DNA from: Welwitschia mirabilis
Taxonomy: Eukaryota
NCBI GenBank assembly: GCA_051453625.1
Contig: JBOZIK010000001.1
Coordinates: 29,100,168-29,164,167 of the forward strand
Reading direction: 5' to 3'
Length of the DNA: 64,000 bases
Positions 53,368-64,000 of this stretch are shown piece by piece. The notes beneath the pieces were generated by a model that had not been told where the DNA came from, did not search any database, and worked only from the letters and a program-made list of their open reading frames with translations. Both the position numbers and the translations under genes were made by a program. Every line of letters begins with the position of its first letter. The stretch's first letter is position 1.

Positions 53368-56300
53368 TGTATTAGTATAGTAATTTTTTTAAGAGCACAT
53401 GATTATTTTTCTTGCAATTTTTAGTTAGATTTTGTTTTTCCAATGGTGGGCACTAGTCCTTCTTCTAATGATACCTAAACTAGTCATTTTTTTGCATTTC
53501 TTTTGCTTTGTGTTCTTTTCTTATTGTTTTTAGTGGTTAGTACTAGTCATTTTCTAGTAAAACCTAGAGTGGTTCAAGTTTTTAAGTTTATTTCCCTTTG
53601 GATTTAAAACTTCATTTTTATATTATATATTTTTTAGTTATAGATCTAATGACTTTCTTACAAGTGGAATTAAAGCTTAAATTTTGAGCTAAAAATAAAA
53701 TCAAACTCTACTAATTTATGTGTTTTGTGTGTTTTTATTATTTATGTAAATTCTTTGTACATTTTTTAGTACTATTACTTTTTATTCTTATTAAATATTT
53801 TGAGAAAAATAAATAAATGTTAGGTCTATTTTCCTATGTTGTAAAAATATAAGTTTCAAATGTTTCATATTTCTCTTATCATTATATCCAACCTTGTAAT
53901 CGAAACTATTTTGCACTACCTTGAAATAAATCTCTATATTTTCTTGATCATCTTTGCTCAACCTAATCAACACCACTGGTGTTCTTACTTGGAATACTTT
54001 GTGCTTTTACCTAAAACCACCTATGACCTTTCTAGACCTTTTTTTTTTAATTGGCTTTCTCAAAAATTTGAAAAAACTAGAAAACATGAAACCTTAACCC
54101 ATTTTCTTAAAATTAAATCATGAGTTAGGCTTCAAATCCATTTCAAACAGCTTCTAATATTTAAATTATCTTTTCCTATAGTTCTCATAATGATAATTGA
54201 TCTAAGCAAACTATAGGAGATTTTATTAAATCAAAACAAACTCTAAAAGATCTTATTTAACATAACACATATCAATCTCATTATTTAAATCCTTTCAATC
54301 ATAGGAAGACATTTGAAGAGTATCCTCAACCTCCTCCATAACTACTTAAAACTTTGAACATGAAAATCATTATCATAAACTAAGAGAATTTGATTCCACT
54401 ACTTCTTTAATCCCTCATGATTCTTATCTTTCAACTTCATATTTGTCATCCTTTGATCTATACCCTTCATTTTCTCTTTAATACCCTCCATTATTTGATC
54501 ATTAATCATCAACTTCATACACCCATCAACCCTTTTCAAATTCCTTGGAAGATACCCTTATATGATTCATGGAAGTCCAAGAATAAACGAATTAATAACA
54601 AATGCAAACAAATGAAAAGCTTGAGCAAGATGTCTAATAGTTAATCCAACTTACTACTTAAATATTTAAAACTTTAGAAGATAAAAATATTTCTACATTT
54701 CATGAACCTAGAAGTTTATAAAACTTTAAAGGAATTAGGGAAACTAAAATTAACAACACCCAAACCTGATCCCTTAGAAATGAGAAAGAAAGTCATAAAG
54801 AAACTAATGATGAAATCCAAGAGGACCTTGAGTTTAAACACTACTTAGAAAATGAATGGTTGCATGAACATAGGTTATACTTTGAACTAGAAGTAGATAC
54901 TTCTAATAGTTATGATAAATCCATTATAAGTAAGAAAACATTTAATGAAGAAGAAAAATTTTAATGCTACACATTAGAGAATGAATCAATGAGTAACATG
55001 GATAATAGTAAACTTGAACTTATCTTTGAACCTTAATATTTTTTGCCTCTACAACCTTTGTGAGTAAGAATACCTTAAAATCTTAATTAAATGAAGAACA
55101 TTAACCAAGAGCCTAAACATTATCCATCCCTTGAAAAGTATTTTTCTTAACAACCCCTTGAACCAATCCTCTTATTTTCATCTTTAGCTTCTTAACAAGG
55201 TTTGAACCCCGATGATGAATATAAACCTTTACACCTTTAAAATAATTTTTTAATACCATTTTTTATGATGATTTAAATTATCTAATGGGGTCTACTTTAC
55301 CTATGTCTTCATCAAAAAATAATGTATTACATGAGCTATTAAGTAAACAAGAAAAGAGCAAGGGGTGGAAAATTGCTAATTTCGAATGCATTAATTCTAA
55401 TACTAGTATTAATGTTCTTTCCATTTTTATAGATTCATGTATAAATGTTTATAGGGATTTGATCTTCTCTTTAAATTCTTTATATAATTTTGGCTCATCA
55501 TTCAAACATTGCATTTATTATTTTGAGCCTTTACATTTATAATACTTTGGAAAATGCCTTAAAAACATTTTCATTTCATTGCATGATTTTAAGTTAGATT
55601 TTTTTTAAGTATATATTTTCCTTTTTAAATAAATTTTAGCTTAGTAAAACTAAAAATGCTTAAAAATATTATGCTTAATATCCTTTCTCATTTAAAACCT
55701 TACATGAAATTCCACTCATATAATTATCTTCTAAAGAATGTTTAGATAGGAAACCCCAGATACCATCCAAATAATCGAATAGGTCATCACCATCTTAAAA
55801 TCCACTTTCCATCCTTTTTGTTTTATTTCATCTTCTTAACTCTATCAACCACCCTCCTATTCCATCTATCTATGAGTTCATAAGATTATATGATTCTGGT
55901 TCATGGTCCTAAGGAAATAAACTATTAATAGGTAATCACACTATTATTTTAAAATAGGTATAATTCAATTTTAATTATAGTTTTCAAGAAAAGGTTTTAC
56001 TTATTTTTAACTTATTAATTTTAGTTTCACCTAAGGTCTTCTAATGGAAAAATACGATTGAATTAAGGTGGAATCTACTTTCATGTCAAGTTAATTATTT
56101 TATAAGAATTCTATGGTGACAACAATTTTTTTGACTAGATTAATGAACCAAGGACCCCTTTATGTAGAATAAAAATTATTTAATATGAGAAGGATGATTT
56201 AAAAAAAGAAAATAAAAACATCTCCTCTCTTAAATGCCTATTATTTTAAAATCAATTAAAATTGAATTTAGGTAACTACATTAAGGCTATAAACACCTGT

Positions 56301-57021
56301 TGGTAATGCAAATTAACATGTTTAATTCTATTATAAGAATATTTGATAACACTAAATGCCTAATTATATGTTAATAAAACTTGAAATAAGGAATAAATAA
56401 TGATTGTAGAAAAGAAAATTTTGTAACGAAAAAAAGTGAAATTTGGAGATGATTTTTGTGATTACTTTCTTTGATCCTATGCTTAATAATTTGCCTAACT
56501 AATTCTTGATTACTTGTGGGTTTATTATAGGATACCTTATTTGTATGATACTGTAATAATTTTAAATTTTGAATAAAATACATGAGATTTTCAATAAATA
56601 TGACCATCAATTTATGTAGCCTATCTTCTTAATTTTTAGATAATGGAATTTTCATTAGATTTCATGTTTCATATTCCTTAAAAATTACATTTTAGTTTAA
56701 GCCTTTTATATGAGATTTTTCCTAACTACATTCATCATCTTTCAATACTAGCCTAATTAACTTATTCTCTAAAGCCTTACATGAAGTTTCCATCTTTGTA
56801 ACTTAAAGGAAAAGGTTTAATTTTGGTTATAAAATATGGCATCTAGTTTTATAGAATTTTTTCAAATTTTGTTGCCTCAATTATTAAAAATTATAAAAGG
56901 TTTTTAAAAACTGTCATGTCATTTACTTACTTGCCATTTTTACTTAGTCAATTTTTCCATTCTTTACCATTTCTTTATCATCTTTTTACTAAGGATCTAG
57001 CAAAAGACTAGCTAGGAGGTG

Positions 57022-58386
57022 TGTTTACATATCGAGATTAACATTTTAAGAAAATATGATTAATTAATTTAGCACAATAAAATATACTTAATTTATTAAT
57101 TTATCATAAAATAATTTCATTTATTATTTTTAAAATAAAACTTAATATTATGTTATTCTCCATAATGATTGTAGAGCTCTAGCCATGTTTTGGAATACAT
57201 GGTAAAAATGACATAATTTCACATAAAATAATGGTGGAAATGGAGAAATGAGATGAATACACATAGCTATAACATTGGAAGACATGTAGTAAAGGTATGA
57301 GAAGGGGGTATTAGAGACATGTGGTAATAGCACTAATTGGTAGAGGAATCCCACTCTAAAGGACATGTGTTTCACTCATCATAATAATGATTCCACCAAA
57401 CATTACATGGAAACCTCCACCAACACTACTAGATAGCATCCATCAAATTATAAATGACAAAAATCCTATGAAACACTAGAGGATAAAATCTTGTCTATCT
57501 AATGCTACAAGATAACTTACATCAAATGCTACAAGATAAGATGTTATCTACCTAATGCTAAATGATGATGATTCTATCTAACACTATAAGACAAAAGCCT
57601 ATAACCATTACTTAATCCAACCTCTTCCTATAAAGAACCTTTAACCCTTTATTATATTCATATTTTGGTTCGCAAACATGGGGTAGAAATGGAGGATTAA
57701 ACATCATGATCCTCTATTACTCTTTCTTAGGAGCAGAATGCTCAGGGGTAGTTGAGGACTTCTTCTTCTCCCCCTCCTTTATTGATGTAATGTATTTCTT
57801 TTAGTTCCAATAAAGAATTTGTTTAAATCCTTTTATTGTTAATGCATAATTTCAATTGGTACTAGCAATGTTTAGGTATAACTAGTTCTTGAAGTAGGTT
57901 TTATTCTTTTATTCTTAATGTGAAGTAACATGGTATTAGTAATATTTAGATAAAGCTTACTTAATTATTAAGTTCTTTCAAATGTGTGAATTATTTAAAG
58001 TTACTTTTATGATTTATGGTTCTTATTTTTTAATGGATCTTTTGCATTTTTGTTCATACTTTTCATGCTTATAAAGAGTTGTAAAGTATTAAGAGGAGAT
58101 GATAACTCACTAACAATGATGTGGTGGATGAGATTATGCCTCCATGTAGAGCCTTAATAACTTTATGATTTAGTACATGTTTTAAATAAAAGAATCATTG
58201 AAGCAAATGAGGATACTTGGATAAGTCACTAGATCCTTGGAGCATTTTTGTTCCCTTGCATTACTAATTGAAGATCAGTTTTTTTCTCTCAACTTATTGT
58301 TTTATTTTATTTAGGTTTTCACGGCAAGCAAAATAATCTTGTATCTTTTGATTAAATTAAATCCAAAAATTGCACTACAATTAACA
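57022..58386 (+). repeat. 3' LTR, family D
   Basis: Follows the PPT and ends tgcactacaattaaca. Confidence 0.88.
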
Positions 58387-59379
58387 TATTTCCTCCTATT
58401 TTTATTTATTCCTCTAATTTAATTAGATTTTTACATAAAAATATATGAAGATCAAAGTTCACGGTAATATTTTTCAAATAATTGACATGACTATAATTGA
58501 CATGATTTTCTAGTTATTTTTGGGATAAAACTCTTTAATTTTCTTCATTTAATATTGTTATCTAGAACAAAACAAATTTTTACTTTTAAATTGATGAGGG
58601 TTGATAAAAAATGTAAAGCTTATGAATTCTTCCTAACTTTATATAGATCCAAGATATTAGCATTTAAAAATAAAAGAGTAAATGATACATTAGTATCAAT
58701 TCTTAAAAGTTTTCATTGCATGGTATTTTATCTTATTGGATATTAGTATCTTTAGTGATTTTTCAACTAGAATGTCTAAAATCAATTTTTCTTATTTTGT
58801 TATTCCTACATTTTCATTGTAGCTAATCTTTGAATCTTTATCTTGGGAATTGTTGAACTTATTATGAAATGTTAATCCTAAGTATGAGTTAAGTTTTTAG
58901 TTTTTGAATTGGAAACCATTAAGCTTATTGCATGTAATAATTTTCGATATCATTGCATTTTGGAACACTTCTTTTGAGGGTTTTAAATTACTAGATTAAC
59001 CTTATTAGAGTAATTTGATTATTTTAAAGGGACTATTATGATTTCTTAATGCTAAATAGAATGAGGGATACTCTTTCTTCTTGGACTTACACTTTACTTA
59101 ATATAATTCCTTTGGTTTTTATTCTCTCTAGATGATATGCATTCTTTCATTGCATGCTCCTCCTTTTTACATTTGGTATTAGGAATGGATACATCTTCAA
59201 ATTTTATATTAAAAATTTTCACTCCTAAGATATCTAGAGTTTTACTTTAGTTGTACAAAAATTTTTAGGGCTTATAAGGATAAAACCCTGATCACAGTCA
59301 TTCTTATTTCCTTTATTCTTTATCTATTTAACTAATTAACTCTACAAAAGACTTTAGTTACTTCTTGAAAAAGTGGGGT

Positions 59380-59700
59380 GAATGTTTCTAGATCTAAGTG
59401 AAAAATATAAAGCCCACATAGTAGTCCAAGTAGGATGTCTTCTTTCTCCATCAAAAAAGGGTTTCATTCAATCAGAGCCAATTTCCTTTATTTAAATAAA
59501 TAAGGTCATTTGCTAAAACATGTTTCTTATTCACTAAAGAAGAAAGTATAAAAGAATTAAACAATCTCTCAAGGTGATTACCTCACATGGAATATGAATT
59601 TTCTAGGTTTAGTTACATCAAGTATACACCTTAATAATGAAAGTTTTACCTCCAAATGATAGGAATTTTCTAATAGGAATACACTCATATTAATAGATTA
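59380..59700 (-). pseudogene. Possible plant mobile domain (PMD) remnant
   Basis: Minus strand IHIPCEVITLRDCLIL (~59553-59600) resembles the PMD motif FHLPxGEMTITLxDV. Downstream PTWTTMWALY loosely resembles WGxAxLAxLY. Confidence 0.35.
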
Positions 59701-62397
59701 TCCCTTTTTAATAATCCTCTAGCAATGTAACCAAGGTAGTTTTCTCATGTTTTTTGATTTAAAGTTTTTTTCTTTCTCCTCCATGAGGATAAACATTAAT
59801 AAAGAAAAATACAACCAAAGAAATCTAGAAACCCCTTGTTTGCAAGATTTAAGATCTAAAAAATGTATTAAAATAGAGCTTAGTAACATCTATGTTTGGA
59901 AATGTTACATACAAGGATATGCATTTTCATGTGGTTTCATGTAGGCTTAGTAAAGAATTACCTCAATGTTGTATTAATGCATGCTATCTAAGTGCTTCAA
60001 TAAAGACATTCATCAAACATTATATTCATAATATATGTAATAATAACATAGATTAATGAATACAAAATGACATAGATATATCATTTTTAACATTATATGT
60101 TGTGTATTTTAATTATATAGTTATTAGTAAAATAGTTTATTTTGTATTGACAAGTTTACTTTCATTTGTTTTACTTGGTAGGAATTTTATTAGAAAGATG
60201 ATAAGGATGTAAAGACCTAGAAAATGAGAAAATAATGGAGTACACAACAATATTCTTATAATATTAGAGTTGGTGGTTATTATAGTTATAAAAAAAAAAG
60301 AATTCTTATATTATAATAAAAATTCTTAAAAGTTTAATTAATTTATCTCATATTTTGAGCATACAAGTTCCTTATTCTTTTTGTAACGAAATGATTAAAG
60401 TAATAGTGCACCTTTTCATAATGATGTATATATCTCTTGAAATGATGCCTATGAGTTATGACATCTTAATCATAAAGACTATTCTAAAAATAAAATAATG
60501 ACATTTTTCATGATAATAAAATACTACTTATGAAATAATACCTCAACATGTTGTTTTATTTTCGAGTAACATTGATTATCAATCATGGTATTGGAATCTT
60601 TTTTAAATATTTTTACAAGAAAATAATTATACTTATTACATTATTTAAATATTTACTATAAATTAAAATTAGTTTTTATATTATATGTAAAGAAAGATAT
60701 AGATGAGCATGCTTCTATAATTATCAAATTTTAAAGTTCTAAATCAAAATATTCTCTACATAATACATAAAGAATGTTTATAATAATTACATTTTTAAAT
60801 TTATTTATTTCTATAGAACAAAAGTTTCATTTAAGTATCCTTGGATGCATCCTAATACTAGAATAGTGATTCCATGACTTTATGGTTATGAGTTGGAATT
60901 TTTTTGTTTTAAGAAAAAAAATTCTTTTTAAAGAGAAAAGAAATTCACTTGAAAAGGATACTTAGCTATAAATATCCTTATCATATACTTAAGTAGTTAG
61001 AAATACATAGAAATTTTTATTTTTCTTCATGGAACTAAAATTAGTCTTATCATGTACAAATCTTGAGTTGTGTTAAATCATTTTACATAATTAAATAAGT
61101 AAAATTATTATGTTCAAGCTTAAACTAAAATACCTATTACTATGCACATTGAATTCTATGTCTTCCACCTACCTCCTCTTCATCTTTTTCTTTCTAAACT
61201 TTTTATTAATGTACATGATACTTCCTCCTTAACTCCTCTTAAATATATTTTGTCTTGAAATGTGATCTTTTAGTTATGTTTTATACCTCTTTCAATAATA
61301 ACCTCTTGCATATTCCTTTTTTAAACTACCTTTCACCTCTACATTATGGAAATCTATAGTTGTTACTAATCATTTCTCTCATTTCCTTTTAATTATTGCA
61401 AACATGCAAGATTTATCACTCTATTGAAGGTTCTAGAGTTGTTATGAACACTTTCATACTTCTTAAACAAATTTGAAAATATTAATAAAGGGGTATTTTT
61501 AATACTTGAGTGATGTATATGAAAATTTTAAAAATCATTATTTTAGTTAAAATTTAGTTTGAACTACACTTTCCTATTTCTAGTAGTATAAAAATATTTT
61601 ACTTTCTTTATTTAGTGGACTAGTAGAAATATGAATAGCTATGTTTTATAGGAGTAGAAAGAGAGGAAAAAATTTATCATTTTTTTATTCCTTTCTTTCC
61701 ACTTTTTCTATTAATGGTATCAGAGGAAAAAATATCCTATAAAGAAACTCTTTTTTTATAACATTCAAAAAAGGAGATGTAAAGCCTAAAGAAAAAGAAG
61801 AGATAAATAAAATATGATAAACCTTTCTAAGAATGTAGACATTATAAAAATACTTGAAGTAAGAATAGAGACCATTAAAACTACCAAAGGAAAACAAATA
61901 TTAATTGAAAACATTTCATTAAATGGGAAGCATGAAATAACAAATGCTATTATGACATAGGCATAACAAAAATGATTGGTATACCATAAAAAAGGCTTTT
62001 AAGGTCCTTAACACAAATGTAAAATCTAGTAAAAATAGAGGTACATGTCTATTATAACTTAATTCATATACAAATCCAACAAAACAATTATCAAGTACAC
62101 TAATAACCTTAAATATGATATCTTAAATGAAATGAATATGAATAATTACAAAATGAAAAAATAGATACCATAGTTTACTAGAAAAATAGATAATAAGATT
62201 AAAAGTCATTTATATAAGGATAATAACATAAAATAAGTCATAAAATAAGGAAATAAGTTGTGGTAGATAAAATATAGCTAATGAGTGAAATGATATAAGA
62301 AATTAATTATATTAAGTAAGTAAAATATTATACTCCCTGATGATGTGCAGTGTTCTGATGTAGATTTTGTTGGACATATTTACTATGCTGTTTTTAG

Positions 62398-62680
62398 AGA
62401 GATTTTGATCTCTTACCTGATTCTGTAAGAGTTTGATTCACTTTGGACATATAGTANNNNNNNNNNNNNNNNNNNNNNNNNNNNNNNNNNNNNNNNNNNN
62501 NNNNNNNNNNNNNNNNNNNNNNNNNNNNNNNNNNNNNNNNNNNNNNNNNNNNNNNNATAGAGATTTTGATCTCTTACCTGATTCTGTAAGATTTTGATTC
62601 AATTTGGACATATAGTAATGAAAATTTTATAATTTCATTCAAAAAAAAAGAAAATTTTATAATTTCATTCAAAAAAAAGT
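62398..62680. repeat. ~60-bp near-identical repeat on both sides of a ~100-N gap, plus a 30-bp tandem duplication
   Basis: agagattttgatctcttacctgattctgtaaga...ggacatatagta occurs at ~62398 and ~62559; gaaaattttataatttcattcaaaaaaaa occurs twice at 62620-62680. Confidence 0.85.
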
Positions 62681-64000
62681 AATTAAAATAGAAAAAGAGT
62701 ATTAAAAAAAGTATTTAAAGGTGCAAGAATTATCTATAATAAAAGGATCAAAATTTATTTAGATATCCAACTCTCTAGATTAAAAAGATCTCTAAAGAGT
62801 GGAAAGATCAATGAATTAATTGATAATTTAAGGAAAAAAATAGTTTACATGTCATAAATACCCTAAAACATTAATGAAAAATGTGAGTAAAAGCATTCAT
62901 GAAGTGGTATAAAGTAGATGTGGTAATGTCTTCATTATTTCTAGAAAATTATTAAACTTAGATGTGTAATTTTATGTCTTCAATAAAGAACATAGTAAAA
63001 TCCTCAAGTTTTTAGTAAATAAAATAAACAATATTTCATTAACATAGTGGATAATGGAAACTTAAATAAATTAATTTAAGAATATGTGATATCATGTTTA
63101 ATGTTGTTATTATCAACACATCCAACCTTACACAATATAATTTCACTTAAAAATTACTTTCAAAAAATAATTTAAACATAACATGAGGTAGACCTAAAGA
63201 TTAAAATTCTTTAACATAATATTTTATATGATGTTATTCTAATAAGTATAAAACAATACATAAAAGAAAAAAATAGTACAAAAATAATTAAAAAAAACTT
63301 CAAGAAAAACTCAATATCATTATTTTTTAATAGGAATAATACATTATATAATAAGTAGAAGATAAATAAAATATATTTCATATGTTAAAAATTAAAAAGG
63401 AACTACAAGGAATATATAATTTTTGTAAAGTAATGATAGTATTACTTCTACTATATTGCTGATTATTAGGGCCTAGGGCTATTACGACATCTTAAAAAAA
63501 TAGTTTCATTAGAAACAAATCATAATTTAGAGAGAAAAAAAGATAAAGTATAAGAGAATTAAAGAAATTCTATGAAGTAAACATAAAAATACTAGAACAA
63601 AAAAACTAATCTTTAAAATCCGTTAAGGAGATTGCAACATCATTTGTGGATATGTTGACTAGTAAAAAAATAAGATTTATGGGTGATTCCTACTAAGATA
63701 AACATGTTTTATTTGATGAATAATTTGAATATAAACATATTACATAATATTATAGTGCNNNNNNNNNNACTACATAAAATGATTGTTACTAGCAAGAAAT
63801 ATTTAAACATTATTAAAGATATATTCACATATATTACTAGAAATCTTATTATAATGAACTTTCCTTAGATTGTTTTAAGTTTTGAGGTAGTCTTTCCATT
63901 TTTATAGTATATATAATATGTTTAGTATAATAATAAAAACCTAAAGAAAGAAAAATTAAAGACATTCTACAAAATGTAATAAGGAAAGTATAAGGACATT

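Larger units (their letters stand above)
51989..58386 (+). mobile_element. Complete non-autonomous Athila-related LTR element, family D
   Basis: LTRs at 51989-~53344 and 57022-58386 (TGTTTAC...TTAACA); PBS at 53350-53367; PPT ctaggagg at ~57012; imperfect TSD GATTT/TATTT; no RT/INT motifs seen. Confidence 0.87.

Noticed and set aside
59408..59435. SPHSSP peptide resembling caulimovirid RT
   Set aside because: An isolated hexapeptide preceded by a stop, with no flanking RT motifs.
62336..62425. CTGATGA...CTGA as a C/D snoRNA or hammerhead ribozyme core
   Set aside because: The C box lacks the leading purine, no terminal stem is visible, and there is no correctly placed GAAA/stem arrangement for a hammerhead.
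62398..62618. Repeat-spacer-repeat pattern suggesting an array or CRISPR
   Set aside because: Only two copies flank a ~100-N gap, most likely a contig overlap artefact. The context is eukaryotic and has no cas genes.
1..64000. Fungal RIP as the cause of the transition bias
   Set aside because: Athila, Tekay, PPR and PMD features indicate a plant, where methylcytosine deamination is a sufficient explanation. This was not tested quantitatively.

Overview
This is a very AT-rich, almost CpG-free eukaryotic window, almost certainly plant heterochromatin or intergenic DNA. I see no intact protein-coding gene, RNA gene or CRISPR array, and nearly all supplied ORFs are spurious or gap artefacts. The window is a nested stack of decayed transposons. 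It holds two Athila-like Ty3/Gypsy gag-pol remnants (1-5.3 kb; 28.5-39.9 kb) and two Tekay/Del-like chromovirus remnants (19.4-26.4 kb minus; 28850-36624 with paired LTRs and a TTTTA TSD). It also holds two complete non-autonomous Athila-like elements (8640-16051, TSD GAGAG; 51989-58386), a truncated minus-strand relative (43.2-47.2 kb) and a solo LTR with a GATAA TSD (21844-23109). Weaker remnants include an L1 LINE, a hAT transposase and a plant mobile domain. The most interesting points are a PPR-like gene fragment and a 5'-retained LINE inside an LTR element, a ~100-bp noncoding block shared by an autonomous and a non-autonomous element, a recurrent self-complementary GTCATC/GATGAC module in LTRs, and a reconstructable insertion order. 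All family calls come from motifs translated by eye, not from database searches. I find no convincing novel biological system.
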